The notes: generated by a model not told the origin, from the sequence alone. A stretch of 64,000 bases of DNA from an uncultured Candidatus Saccharibacteria bacterium (GCA_964555185.1 CAZKRD010000003.1:19943-83942), one strand, 5' to 3'. Counted from the stretch's first letter, positions 46,037 to 56,405 are shown. A program made the numbers and translations.

Positions 46037-48814
46037 ATGCCTAAAAGTAATAAGAAAACATTAGTTTTAATTGATGCCAATGCCCTGATTCACCGCGGGT
46101 TTCATGCCTTGCCTGTCACAATGGCAACGAAAAAGGGTGAGATTGTGAACGCGGTTTATGGGTTTGCTTTGGTTTTCTTGAATGTTTTGGAGCGGTTAAA
46201 GCCGGATTATATTGCGGCTTGTTTTGATTTGGCCGCGCCTACTTTTCGACATAAGGCATCAGAAGCATATAAGGCAAAGAGAGTTAGGGGAGCAGACGAA
46301 CTCTATGCCCAGATCCCGCGGGTTAAAGAGCTTTTGCGTGCTTTTAATATTCCGATTTTTGAAAAGAAAGGCTATGAGGCAGATGATTTAATCGGTACTT
46401 TAGCTAAAGAAAGCACGCGCAAGAGAAACATCAAAAGTATCATTGTGACCGGAGATTTAGACGCCCTGCAGCTTGTCAGCCCCAAGACCCGGGTCTATAC
46501 TCTGCGCAAAGGAGTGAAGGATACAGTAACTTATGATTCGAAGATGGTTCTTAAGCGCTATGGCCTTAAGCCGCTCCAGCTTCCGGATTTCAAGGGTCTA
46601 GCCGGTGATGCTTCGGATAATATTCCTGGTGTTTACAAAGTAGGAGAGAAAACAGCGGCGCGGTTATTACAAGCTTTTGGCAGTTTGGAAAAATTGTATC
46701 AGTTTTTAGCAAAACACAAAAAGGAAGACAGGGTTAAGTACAAGGACTTAGAAATTAAGGGCAAGCTCTTAGAGAATTTAAGGAAGTACAAAAAAGATGC
46801 TTTCCTCTCTAAAAAACTAGGCACGATTGTGCTTGACGTGCCCGTTAAACTTGAGCTAGGTAAGTGCTTGCTTGCTGATTTTGATCGCAATAAGGTTATA
46901 AAATTGTTCCGTGAGCTGGAGTTCCAGAGTTTGATCAATAAGTTGCCGGAAAGCAAGCAGGGTAAGAGCTCCAAATTTTCTCTCAAGGCAGCAAAGTCGG
47001 GAGATTACACATTGATTCAGACAAACGAGAAGTTGAATAATTTAATTGTTCAACTCAAGAAAGCAAAAAAAGGATTTTCTCTTGATACAGAAACAACCAA
47101 TAAAAAGCCGATGGAGGCTTCTTTGGTCGGCATCTCCCTGAGTTTGCGAAAGGGGCAGGCCTTTTACATTCCAATCCGTTATCAGGATCGCGAGATAAAA
47201 TACGATGGCAAGAGCGCCTTAGAGCTTTTAAGACCAATCTTAGAAAATCAGGATTTGCCCAAAATAGGGCATAATATTAAATATGACTATATTGTTTTAG
47301 CCCAGGCAGGAGTGAAATTGGCGGGTATTTATTTTGATACGATGCTTGCTTCTTATCTGCTGTCACCAGGATCCAGAGCGCATTCTTTGGATGCTTTAAG
47401 TTTTACCCTTTTAGGATATGAAAAGATTAAGATCGAGGAGCTCATTGGTAAGGGCAAAAAACAAATTACGATGAATTTAGTTAGTTTGCCCCAAGTTTCT
47501 CAATATGCCTGCGAAGACGCGGATATGTGTTTAAGACTTGTGCCGATTTTGCTTCAGAAGCTTCAGAATGAGAAGCTTCTGAAGCTATTCTCTGAAGTGG
47601 AGATGCCTTTAGTTCCGATCTTGGGAGAGATGGAGATGAACGGAGTGAAGATTGATAAAGGCCATTTGAAGGGCTTGGACTTTGAGGTTTCGGTTAAAAT
47701 TAGAGCTCTAGAAAAAAGAATTTACAACCAGGCAGGCCAGGAGTTTAACATTAATTCTACTTTAGAGTTAAAGGATATTCTTTTTGATAAATTAAACCTG
47801 CCAACGGTCGGGATCAAGAGGACAAAGACCGGTTATTCCACTGCCGCTTCTGAACTTGCGAAATTAAGGGAAATGCATCCGATTATTGATTTAATTTCCC
47901 AGTATCGGGAACTCTCCAAACTAAAATCAACCTATATTAGCGCCTTGCCTCGTTTGATTAACCCCAAGACCGGCAGGGTCCACACCAGTTTTAATCAGAC
48001 AGTTACAGCGACCGGCCGTCTTTCTTCTTCCAAGCCTAATTTGCAGAACATTCCAATTAGGACAAAAGTTGGCAATCAGATCCGCGGGGCTTTTGTGCCG
48101 AAGCCAGGATACAAGCTGGTCGCTATAGATTACTCCCAGATTGATTTGCGGGTGGTTGCCCACCTATCCGAGGATTCGCAGTTGATTAAGGCGTTTTTGG
48201 ATGACCAGGACATTCACGCTTCAACCGCAGCCAATATTTACGGGGTTAATCTTGAGGATGTTACCCCCAGGATGCGGAGAGTGGCCAAGACAGTGAATTT
48301 TGGTTTGATCTATGGCATGGGCGCTTTTGGTTTGGCCCAGAATTTAAAGATCAGCCGCGAGGAAGCCGAAGTGTTTATTGAGAATTACTTAGAAAAATAT
48401 CCGGCTCTGGAGGACTATGTTCAAAAGATTCTCCGTTTTGCCAAAAAACACGGATTTGTCAAGACCCTGCTTGGCCGCAAGCGCCTGCTCCCGGAGATTA
48501 ATTCTTCTCAAGCTCAAATCGTTGCTTCGGCGGAGAGAATGGCGATTAATATGCCAGCGCAAGGGATGACCGCCGACATTATGAAATTAGCAATGATTCA
48601 AGTAGATAAAAGATTAGAGAAAGATAAAGATGAATGCCGGATGCTTTTACAGGTGCATGACGACTTGCTTTTTGAGATTAAGAAAGAAAAAGTTCGTTTT
48701 TGGATCAAGAAGCTCAAAAAGATTATGGAAGGAGTTTACAAATTGCGAGTGCCTTTGAAGGTAGAAGTTTCCACAGGAAAGAACTGGGAAAAAATGAGAG
48801 AGTTCAAGGTTTGA
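46037..48814 (+). CDS. polA: DNA polymerase I
   Basis: 5'-3' exonuclease, 3'-5' exonuclease-like and polymerase domains (RRVAKTVNFGLIYG, QVHDDLLFE). ATG at 46037 with AAAGGA SD preferred over the upstream TTG. Confidence 0.95.
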   Translation: MPKSNKKTLVLIDANALIHRGFHALPVTMATKKGEIVNAVYGFALVFLNVLERLKPDYIAACFDLAAPTFRHKASEAYKAKRVRGADELYAQIPRVKELLRAFNIPIFEKKGYEADDLIGTLAKESTRKRNIKSIIVTGDLDALQLVSPKTRVYTLRKGVKDTVTYDSKMVLKRYGLKPLQLPDFKGLAGDASDNIPGVYKVGEKTAARLLQAFGSLEKLYQFLAKHKKEDRVKYKDLEIKGKLLENLRKYKKDAFLSKKLGTIVLDVPVKLELGKCLLADFDRNKVIKLFRELEFQSLINKLPESKQGKSSKFSLKAAKSGDYTLIQTNEKLNNLIVQLKKAKKGFSLDTETTNKKPMEASLVGISLSLRKGQAFYIPIRYQDREIKYDGKSALELLRPILENQDLPKIGHNIKYDYIVLAQAGVKLAGIYFDTMLASYLLSPGSRAHSLDALSFTLLGYEKIKIEELIGKGKKQITMNLVSLPQVSQYACEDADMCLRLVPILLQKLQNEKLLKLFSEVEMPLVPILGEMEMNGVKIDKGHLKGLDFEVSVKIRALEKRIYNQAGQEFNINSTLELKDILFDKLNLPTVGIKRTKTGYSTAASELAKLREMHPIIDLISQYRELSKLKSTYISALPRLINPKTGRVHTSFNQTVTATGRLSSSKPNLQNIPIRTKVGNQIRGAFVPKPGYKLVAIDYSQIDLRVVAHLSEDSQLIKAFLDDQDIHASTAANIYGVNLEDVTPRMRRVAKTVNFGLIYGMGAFGLAQNLKISREEAEVFIENYLEKYPALEDYVQKILRFAKKHGFVKTLLGRKRLLPEINSSQAQIVASAERMAINMPAQGMTADIMKLAMIQVDKRLEKDKDECRMLLQVHDDLLFEIKKEKVRFWIKKLKKIMEGVYKLRVPLKVEVSTGKNWEKMREFKV

Positions 48815-48881
48815 AATTTTTTTATTAAAAAACTTATGGGGCCCCCAGCTCGAAACGAAGTTTTTGCGGGGTTCACCGTTT

Positions 48882-49826
48882 ATGATACTTTTTTTATACG
48901 GCGAAGACACCTTCCGCTCACGGGAAAAGCTAAGACGGATCAGGAAGAAATTTAGAGAGTCTGATCAACAGAGTTTAAATCTTGCAGTTTTTGGGGAGGA
49001 GTTGGATTTTGCCAAGTTTAGAGAAGCGGTAAGTCAGGCTGCTTTTTTGGCGAAAGCGCGTTTGGTTATTGTGGAGAGTGTTTTTGGGAATAAGAAAGAA
49101 ACCCAACGCAGGATCGTTGAATTTTTAAAAAAAGGCAAGGTTCCAGATTCAACGATTCTTGTTTTTTGGGAAAGAGGTGTGCCGGATCAACGGAGCCTCC
49201 TGTTTAAAACTCTGGTCAATTTGACAAAAAGTGAAGAGTTTAAGGCGCTTTCTCCTTGGCAGCTTGAGAGGTGGGTCAGAGAGGAGGTCAAAAAGAGAGA
49301 AGGTGTGATTTCCTCCGAGGCGACCCGCGAGTTGATTGTGAGAACAGGGAACGACCTGGCCCGAATCAGCAATGAAATTGACAAGCTCTTGGGTTACGCG
49401 GGCCGCGGCAGTATAGGGTTAGAGGCGGTTCGAGAACTGGTGAAGGCAAAGCTTGAGACCGATATTTTTAAATTGGTTGATGCCTTGTCTCGAAAGGATC
49501 GTAACCAGGCCTTGAAATTCATTCAGGATCAGATAGCCTCTGGCGCGGAAGAGCTTTATCTTTTGGCAATGATTGTTTATGCTTTTCGGAATCTGATTTT
49601 GGTTTCTGATTTGAAAAACAAGGGTTTCAGTCAGAATGCGATTGTTCGCGAATCCGGGCTTCACCCTTTTGTCGTTAAAAAGACTTTATCTTTCTCCCCC
49701 GGGTTTCAATTGTCGGATCTAAAAAAAATCTACTTAAAACTCCTCGACTTGGATACGAAAATAAAAACCGGCGTTCTTTCCGCCGATTTCGCGCTTTCAA
49801 TGCTGGTTTTTGGCGTGACCGGTTAA
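48882..49826 (+). CDS. holA: DNA polymerase III subunit delta
   Basis: MILFLYGEDTF... typical HolA N-terminus; ~315 aa. Confidence 0.7.
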   Translation: MILFLYGEDTFRSREKLRRIRKKFRESDQQSLNLAVFGEELDFAKFREAVSQAAFLAKARLVIVESVFGNKKETQRRIVEFLKKGKVPDSTILVFWERGVPDQRSLLFKTLVNLTKSEEFKALSPWQLERWVREEVKKREGVISSEATRELIVRTGNDLARISNEIDKLLGYAGRGSIGLEAVRELVKAKLETDIFKLVDALSRKDRNQALKFIQDQIASGAEELYLLAMIVYAFRNLILVSDLKNKGFSQNAIVRESGLHPFVVKKTLSFSPGFQLSDLKKIYLKLLDLDTKIKTGVLSADFALSMLVFGVTG

Positions 49827-49827
49827 A

Positions 49828-50094
49828 TTATTTGATTTTGTTGTAAGCACGGGTCAGCCGCGATTTTTTGCGGTCTCTTGTGTTTTTTTTAATCACTCTT
49901 GCTTTTGCTGCCTTATCTAAGCTTTTTACTGCTTTAGCTAACATTTCTTTCGTTTTTTCCGGGCTTTTTTGGGCGGCAATAAGCTTGCGCGTATTTTTGA
50001 TAACCTTCTTCAGATTATTTTTTAATGCGCGATTCTTGATTTGACGCTTCTTTGATTTTCTTAAATATTTTTTAGCTGCAGCTTTATTGGGCAT
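49828..50094 (-). CDS. rpsT: 30S ribosomal protein S20
   Basis: MPNKAAAKKYLRKSKKRQIKN..., 88 aa, basic. Confidence 0.9.
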   Translation of the reverse strand: MPNKAAAKKYLRKSKKRQIKNRALKNNLKKVIKNTRKLIAAQKSPEKTKEMLAKAVKSLDKAAKARVIKKNTRDRKKSRLTRAYNKIK

Positions 50095-50172
50095 TTTTGT
50101 GTATAAATTTTTAATTTTTAATTCTTAATTTTGGAAATTCTTTAGTGCTTTCATAATTTAGCACAATCCTTC

Positions 50173-52146
50173 TTATTTATCAATATCTGCTCTAATTCTA
50201 TTAATCTGGTCTCTTAACCTCGCTGCTTTTTCAAACTCCAGATTTTGGGCGGCAAGAAGCATCTGGTTTTCCAGATTTTTAATTAAAAACAGGAGCTCAG
50301 CTTGAGGAATTTTTTTAAGATCCAAGACAGGTCTTTCCCCCTTTTTGATTTGCCTAACTGGCAGGAAGTCTTTGATTCGTTTTTTGATCCCGCGGGGAGT
50401 GATTTTATGTTTTTTATTGTAGGTAAGTTGGATTTTCCGGCGGCGGGAAACTTCTTTGATTGCCCGGCGCATTGAGAGGGTTTTGCTGTCCGCGTACATA
50501 ATCACTCGGCCTTCAATGTGGCGGGCGGCTCGGCCCATGTTTTGAATCAACGCGGTTTCTGAACGCAAAAAACCTTCTTTGTCCGCGTCCAAGATTGCGA
50601 CCAAAGAGACTTCGGGCAAATCTAAACCCTCGCGCAGAAGATTGATTCCGACCACAATGTCAAAGATCCCTTGGCGGAGTTTTTTCAAGATATCCAGTCG
50701 CTCTAGAGTGTCAATTTCTGAATGGAGATAATGGACTGCGCGTCCGGCATCTTTTAGATATTGAGCGAGTTCTTCCGCCATTCTTTTAGTCAGGGTGGTG
50801 ACCAAGACCCGCTGTTTTTTCTTGATTCTTTTTTGAATTTCGTTCAAAAGATTATCAATTTGGTTTTTAGTGGGGCGGACTTCAATTTCAGGGTCAGGAA
50901 GGCCAGTCGGCCGGATCAGCTGTTGGACAACAGCCTGTGATTTCTGAAATTCATAGGGGCCGGGAGTAGCCGAAGTCAAGATTGCTTGATTAATTTTTTT
51001 TTCAAATTCAGGGAATCGCAAGGGCCGGTTATCAAGCGCTGATGGCAGACGAAAGCCAAAGTCAATCAATCTCTCTTTGCGCGAACGGTCGCCAAAATAC
51101 ATCCCGCGGATTTGAGGAATGGTCATATGCGACTCGTCAACAAAGAGCAGGAATTTTTTAGGAAAGAAATCAATTAAGGTTGAGGGCGGCTCACCGGGGA
51201 GGCGATTGTCTAAATAGCGGGAATAGTTCTCAATCCCTGTGCAGTAGCCGACTTCTTTGATCATCTCGAGGTCATAACGAGTCCGTTGCTCAATCCGTTC
51301 CTGTTCAAGGGGCTTATTTAGCTCTTTAAAATATCTGATCCGTTTTTTTAGTTCTTGATTTACTTTAGCAAAAAAGTTCTCCATGCCCAAAACAGGCGTG
51401 ATCCAATGGCGGGCCGGAAAGATCTCAATCTCTTTTAACTTCTGAAGCGGCTTGCCGCTTAGACGATCCACCCAGGAAATTTTTTCGATTAGAGAGCCAA
51501 AGAATTCAACCCGGACAATCCGGGTGTCTTCGGAAGCCGGATTGATCTCCAAAGTGTCGCCGCGGACCCGAAAAGTGCCGCGATGAAAGTCAATATCATT
51601 GCGAGAATATCGGATTCGAATTAGTTCGCGCAGGAGATCATTGCGCCGCATCTTAAGGTTGAGTTTGAGAGTTACGGCCTGGTTTTTGTATTCTTTGGGT
51701 GAACCCAAACCATAGATGCAGGAAACCGAGGCAACAATAATTACATCGGACCGGGAGAGCAGGGCCGAAGTCGCGGCGTGCCGTAACTTATCAATCTCTT
51801 CATTGATTTGAGTTTCTTTTTTAATGTAGGTGTCGGTTTGGGGGATGTAGGCTTCGGGCTGGTAGTAGTCATAATAGGAAACAAAATAATGGACTGCCGC
51901 ATCCGGGAAAAACTCTTGAAATTCCGAGGCCAATTGCGCGGCCAATGTTTTATTGTGGGAGATGACGAGCGTGGGCAGGCCAGTCTTCTCTATAATATTG
52001 GCCATGGTAAAAGTTTTGCCGCTGCCCGTGACTCCGAGCAGGGTTTGTTGTTTTAATCCTTTCTTTAAGCCGGCCGCCAGTTTCGCGATCGCCTGTGGCT
52101 GATCACCGGTTGGCCTGTAAGAAGATTTTAATTTGAATATTGACAT
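50173..52146 (-). CDS. uvrB: excinuclease ABC subunit B
   Basis: Walker A GVTGSGKTFT, helicase motifs, C-terminal UVR domain ELEFEKAARLRDQI. Confidence 0.95.
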   Translation of the reverse strand: MSIFKLKSSYRPTGDQPQAIAKLAAGLKKGLKQQTLLGVTGSGKTFTMANIIEKTGLPTLVISHNKTLAAQLASEFQEFFPDAAVHYFVSYYDYYQPEAYIPQTDTYIKKETQINEEIDKLRHAATSALLSRSDVIIVASVSCIYGLGSPKEYKNQAVTLKLNLKMRRNDLLRELIRIRYSRNDIDFHRGTFRVRGDTLEINPASEDTRIVRVEFFGSLIEKISWVDRLSGKPLQKLKEIEIFPARHWITPVLGMENFFAKVNQELKKRIRYFKELNKPLEQERIEQRTRYDLEMIKEVGYCTGIENYSRYLDNRLPGEPPSTLIDFFPKKFLLFVDESHMTIPQIRGMYFGDRSRKERLIDFGFRLPSALDNRPLRFPEFEKKINQAILTSATPGPYEFQKSQAVVQQLIRPTGLPDPEIEVRPTKNQIDNLLNEIQKRIKKKQRVLVTTLTKRMAEELAQYLKDAGRAVHYLHSEIDTLERLDILKKLRQGIFDIVVGINLLREGLDLPEVSLVAILDADKEGFLRSETALIQNMGRAARHIEGRVIMYADSKTLSMRRAIKEVSRRRKIQLTYNKKHKITPRGIKKRIKDFLPVRQIKKGERPVLDLKKIPQAELLFLIKNLENQMLLAAQNLEFEKAARLRDQINRIRADIDK

Positions 52147-52364
52147 AGACAGGTTAGGTATAATATGCTTTAATTCTTGATATGGCCCTTTTATTCTAGC
52201 ATATAATTACTTGGGAATTTCCACAACAGCAGAGGAGGACAAGACTAAATAGACTTACTTGTTGAAGGTAGGTTTTTTTATTGCTTGAACCAGTTTTTTG
52301 GGTTAGAATTAACATAACGCCATATCCAAAATTCATTATTCAAGATTCATCATTCAAATCTATG

Positions 52365-52922
52365 CTTTCTTATTTAAAGGGCAAAATTAAAATCAAAACA
52401 GATCAATTTATTGTTTTAGAGGTTCATGGTATTGGCTATAAGGTTTTTGTGCCCCAAAATGTGGCAGAGAATCTCAATCAAGAAGGCGAAGAACAAGAGC
52501 TTTACATTTATCAATATGTTGCAGAAGACCGACAGGAGCTTTATGGCTTTCATCGTTTTTCGGATTTAGAATTCTTTGAGCTTTTGATTTCAGTATCGGG
52601 TATCGGGCCTAAATCTGCTTTGGGTGTGATGGCAATTGCTTCCACCAAAACTCTTCGCCAGGCAATTGTTTCTGAAGATACCAGTGTTTTTACTAAGGTT
52701 TCGGGGGTGGGTCAAAAAACCGCGGAAAGAGTCATTTTGGAGCTTAAAAATAAGCTTCCGGACGTGATTGGTTACCGGGTGAGCACTGAAAGCGGCGAGG
52801 CGATTGATGCCTTGGTCGAACTCGGTTATCCGCAGAAGCAGGCGCGGGAGGTCTTGGCTAAAGCGCCTAGTAACCTCACTTTGCTTGGCGAAAAGATTAA
52901 ATGGGCTTTAAGGAATCTTTAG
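52365..52922 (+). CDS. ruvA: Holliday junction branch migration protein RuvA
   Basis: MLSYLKGKI...GIGYKVFVP, HhH motifs (ISVSGIGPKSA, VSGVGQKTAERV), C-terminal domain III. Confidence 0.9.
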   Translation, partial: LSYLKGKIKIKTDQFIVLEVHGIGYKVFVPQNVAENLNQEGEEQELYIYQYVAEDRQELYGFHRFSDLEFFELLISVSGIGPKSALGVMAIASTKTLRQAIVSEDTSVFTKVSGVGQKTAERVILELKNKLPDVIGYRVSTESGEAIDALVELGYPQKQAREVLAKAPSNLTLLGEKIKWALRNL

Positions 52923-52928
52923 AAATAG

Positions 52929-54002
52929 ATGAGTTTGATTCTCATAAACAGTGAAAAACGCCTGAACAATTTTATTGTTCAGTCTGGCCGAAGCAATTTC
53001 CTCCAATCTTGGGAGTGGGGTGAATTTCAAATGGGTTTAGGTAGAAAAATTTGGCGAATTGGCACAGTAAGGAAAAGAAAACTGATTGCTTCGGCATTAA
53101 TTATCAAAAAGACTCTGCCTTTGGGCAGGTGTTATTTGTATTGTCCCCGCGGCCCGGCAATGAATTTCCAATTTCCCCGCCTACGCCAAAGGCGGACGAG
53201 CGGACAGGCAATTTCCCCGCCTACGCCAAAGGCGGACGAGCAGGCAGGCAATTTCCAAAAAGTGTGGAACGCGTTCTTGTCTAAGATAAGGGAAATTGGC
53301 AGAGAGGAGAAGGCGGTTTTTTTCCGTTTTGACTTCCCGGACGCGAGACTGCCAATTAAACCTAGTGGAGATTTTGTTCGAGCGCCGATTGATGTTCAGC
53401 CTCGGCACACTTTGATTGTAAATCTCCAAAAGGATCAGAATGATCTTTTGCAGGAGATGAAACCCAAAACACGTTATAATATCCGGCTTGCCAAACGCAA
53501 GGGCGTGCGCGTAAGACAGGGTTTAAAACCTAGGGATTTAAACAAGTTTTTAGAACTAATAGAGACAACTGCGAAGAGAGATAAATTCAGGGCGCATCCC
53601 GCTGATTACTATCGCAGGATGGTTGAAGTGTTGGGCAAAGGGGGATTATTGCGAATATTTTCGGCTGATTATCAAGGCAAGACTATTGCCGCGAATTTAA
53701 TCCTCTTTTTTGGCAGATCGGCAACCTATTTGCACGGAGGGTCGGATAATCAGCATCGTAATGTGATGGCTCCCCATCTTTTGCAATGGGAGCAGATTTT
53801 AGAAGCTAAAAGGAGAGGTTGTCTTGAGTATGATTTTTGGGGAATCACAGCGCCTGCGGCGCAATTTCCAAAATGGGAAGGCATAACTCGTTTTAAAAAG
53901 GGATTTGGCGGCGAAGAGGTGGGTTATGCGGGGACCTACGATTTAGTGCTTAATCCTTTATGGTGTAGAATGTACAAAATTTTTCACAAGAAACATAGAT
54001 GA
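52929..54002 (+). CDS. FemAB-family peptidoglycan interpeptide-bridge aminoacyltransferase
   Basis: FLQSWEWGEF...LYCPRGP...HLLQWEQILEAKRRGCLEYDFWGI. Confidence 0.75.
   Translation: MSLILINSEKRLNNFIVQSGRSNFLQSWEWGEFQMGLGRKIWRIGTVRKRKLIASALIIKKTLPLGRCYLYCPRGPAMNFQFPRLRQRRTSGQAISPPTPKADEQAGNFQKVWNAFLSKIREIGREEKAVFFRFDFPDARLPIKPSGDFVRAPIDVQPRHTLIVNLQKDQNDLLQEMKPKTRYNIRLAKRKGVRVRQGLKPRDLNKFLELIETTAKRDKFRAHPADYYRRMVEVLGKGGLLRIFSADYQGKTIAANLILFFGRSATYLHGGSDNQHRNVMAPHLLQWEQILEAKRRGCLEYDFWGITAPAAQFPKWEGITRFKKGFGGEEVGYAGTYDLVLNPLWCRMYKIFHKKHR
53163..53256 (+). repeat. aatttcc + 2 x 40-bp tandem repeat + aatttcc inside the femAB-family CDS
   Basis: aatttccccgcctacgccaaaggcggacgagc(g/a)g(a/g)caggc x2; 87 bp in total, in-frame. 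Confidence 0.85.
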
Positions 54003-55276
54003 AAGAACTGATTAAAAAATTTATTCCCAAATCCTGCCTGCTTTTTTATCATAAAATATTGGCCCTCCTCGCGGCCTGGCTTTATCGTTCCCCCTCACGC
54101 AAGTTGAAGGTGATTGGGGTTACTGGCACAAACGGCAAGACAACGGTTTGCCATCTGATTCGGGATGTCTTAGAGACAGCAGGCTTTAAAGTCGGCATGA
54201 CTACTTCAATTTCATTCTGTGACGGAGAAAAAATATGGGAGAACAATACCAAACAGGGGATGCCAGGCCGTTTTCGTTTACGCAAGCTTTTGCGCGAGAT
54301 GCTTCGGAATAAATGTGATTATGCGATTATTGAAACCACTTCTGAAGGGATCAAACAATTTCGGCATTACAAGATTGATTATAATCTGGCTGTGTTTACT
54401 AATCTCACTCGCGACCACATTGAAGCGCATGGCTCTTTTTTAAAGTATCGCATGGCAAAGGAGAAGTTATTTGAAGTGGTGAGCAAGAGAGAGGATGGGA
54501 TTGCAGTGGTTAATCTTGATGATCAAAATGCGAAATATTTTTTGCAACCCAAGGCCTTCCGTGTTTATGGATACACCTTGAGAAGAGCTAAGGCCCGAAC
54601 TCCTTTGACTTTGCTCTCTGCTGATTTAGTTAAATTGCACGCGGAAGGTTCAATCTTTTCAATTCAGGGCGTGAATTATTCCTTGGCTGTGCCGGGTCAG
54701 TATAATATCTCTAATGCCTTAGCCGCGTTTTGTGTCGGTTTATCTCAAGGGATTGTCCGGGAAAAGTTAGGACAAGCTTTAACTAATTATTCGGGCATTC
54801 CTGGCCGCATGGAAGAGATTAAGAATAAAAAAGGGATCCGGATTTTCGTGGACTATGCTCATACAGAGGACGCATTGGAGAATGTATACCAAACCTTGCA
54901 GAGGATCCCCCATCAAAAAATGATTGCTGTTTTGGGCGCAACCGGCGGCGGCCGGGATAAAAAAAAGCGGCCGATTTTAGGCCGGTTGGCGGCAGAGTAT
55001 GCTGACTTGGTGATTATTACTAATGAGGATCCTTACGAGGAGGATCCAGAGAAGATTATTGCGGCAGTTTTCGCTGGAGTTTTAGCAGGCGGAAAGCAGG
55101 AGAATAAAAATTGTTGGCGCGTTTCAGCCCGGGCGGAGGCAATCAGACTGGCGGTTAAAAAAGCCGGATCAGGAGATGTTGTTATTATCACGGGCAAGGG
55201 ATCTGAAAAAGTAATGGCGGTTCGCGATGGACTTGTTCCTTGGGATGATCGGGAGGAAGTGAAGAGAAACTTGTAG
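53999..55276 (+). CDS. Mur ligase family protein (MurE/MurT-like)
   Basis: P-loop IGVTGTNGKTT, Mur ligase middle and C-terminal domains; adjacent to femAB. Confidence 0.7.
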   Translation: MKELIKKFIPKSCLLFYHKILALLAAWLYRSPSRKLKVIGVTGTNGKTTVCHLIRDVLETAGFKVGMTTSISFCDGEKIWENNTKQGMPGRFRLRKLLREMLRNKCDYAIIETTSEGIKQFRHYKIDYNLAVFTNLTRDHIEAHGSFLKYRMAKEKLFEVVSKREDGIAVVNLDDQNAKYFLQPKAFRVYGYTLRRAKARTPLTLLSADLVKLHAEGSIFSIQGVNYSLAVPGQYNISNALAAFCVGLSQGIVREKLGQALTNYSGIPGRMEEIKNKKGIRIFVDYAHTEDALENVYQTLQRIPHQKMIAVLGATGGGRDKKKRPILGRLAAEYADLVIITNEDPYEEDPEKIIAAVFAGVLAGGKQENKNCWRVSARAEAIRLAVKKAGSGDVVIITGKGSEKVMAVRDGLVPWDDREEVKRNL

Positions 55277-55282
55277 AAATTT

Positions 55283-55485
55283 CCAATTCCCAATTATCAA
55301 TTTCCAGATAATTTCCAATGACCAATTTCTGAATATTTTTATTCGCCTCCGCAGCCACTAAGGGTGAACCTCGCTATAGGCGGGAAAACCATGGGCGCAC
55401 GTCCATGGAGCTTCATTTGGATTTTAGTTTGGAAATTGAGCATTGAGCATTGATTGGAAATTGGAAATTGCAGAATTGGAAATTC
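55283..55485. repeat. inverted arrays of AATTTCC / GGAAATT units flanking a GC-rich hairpin core
   Basis: Left arm aatttccaattcccaattatcaatttccagataatttccaatgaccaatttc; right arm ggaaattgagcattgagcattgattggaaattggaaattgcagaattggaaattc; core contains ccatgggcgcacgtccatgg. Confidence 0.5.
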
Positions 55486-55490
55486 AGGCA

Positions 55491-55922
55491 CTAAGGCAGC
55501 ACCCAATACAATAAAACTGTAAGCGCTCCTCCCAAGACAGCGCCCAAGACAACCTCCAGGGGTGTATGGCCAATATGTTCCTTTTGGTCGGCAAGGCCGT
55601 TTTTGAGGCCGTTGGGCAGTTGTTTGGTCAATTGGTTGATCGCTTTGGCATGGTTGTCCAAAGATTTTCTGATTCCCAGGGCATCGCGGAGGATTAAGAT
55701 TGTAAAGACCATAGCGATACCAAAGGCTACAGTGAAAATCCCTTCGTAAAGCCCGACCAAGATGAGCACAGACAAGGAGAAGGCGGTATGGGTGCTGGGG
55801 ATGCCGCCATAATCAAAGAGGAGGCTGAAGCTTCCTTTCTTGCCTTTGGCAATTTTAATCGCGAATTTGAGAATTTGGACAAGAAGGCCTACAGTCAAGG
55901 GGATAATAACGATTTTATACAT
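55491..55922 (-). CDS. divergent PAP2 family membrane protein
   Basis: GGIPSTHTA and HIGHTPLEV motifs. Confidence 0.65.
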   Translation of the reverse strand: MYKIVIIPLTVGLLVQILKFAIKIAKGKKGSFSLLFDYGGIPSTHTAFSLSVLILVGLYEGIFTVAFGIAMVFTILILRDALGIRKSLDNHAKAINQLTKQLPNGLKNGLADQKEHIGHTPLEVVLGAVLGGALTVLLYWVLP

Positions 55923-55976
55923 AATTGAGTTTATTTGTTATCTATATTATAGTAGATAAACAATAAGTTAGCAATT

Positions 55977-56405
55977 ATGTTTTTATTGATTGATACTTCT
56001 CAAAGAGAACAGATCAGGATTGCGCTTGTTAGACAGGGGCAGGAAATTTTAGACGAGCAGGTTCTGAAAATAAAGCAGGCTCATTCGGAAAAATTACTGC
56101 CTTTAATCGAAAAGATATTAGTCAGAAATAAATTAGCGCTCAAAAGACTTAAAGGCCTTTACGTGGCCAGGGGCCCAGGCTCTTTTACCGGCGTGCGCGT
56201 GGGCGTGGCCACTGCTAATGCCCTAGCTTATGCTTTGAATATTCCAGTCAAAGGAGTGAAATGCAAAGAGGGGACAGATTTTGTAAAGCTGGCCTTTCAG
56301 GGACCCAGAGGAGATAAATTTTTAGGAAGCACAATTCCTTATTACAGCGAAGCAGGAACTCCCAACACGAAAGCCGGCAACGGTATAAGTTGGAGCATCC
56401 CCTAA
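55977..56405 (+). CDS. tsaB: tRNA threonylcarbamoyladenosine biosynthesis protein TsaB (short form)
   Basis: MFLLIDTSQ...ARGPGSFTGVRVGVATANALAYALNIPV. Confidence 0.8.
   Translation: MFLLIDTSQREQIRIALVRQGQEILDEQVLKIKQAHSEKLLPLIEKILVRNKLALKRLKGLYVARGPGSFTGVRVGVATANALAYALNIPVKGVKCKEGTDFVKLAFQGPRGDKFLGSTIPYYSEAGTPNTKAGNGISWSIP

Noticed and set aside
53051-53429. ORFs 53051-53284 (+) and 53181-53429 (-) inside femAB
   Set aside because: Alternative-frame and antisense readings of the 40-bp tandem repeat; the femAB frame has conserved family motifs on both sides
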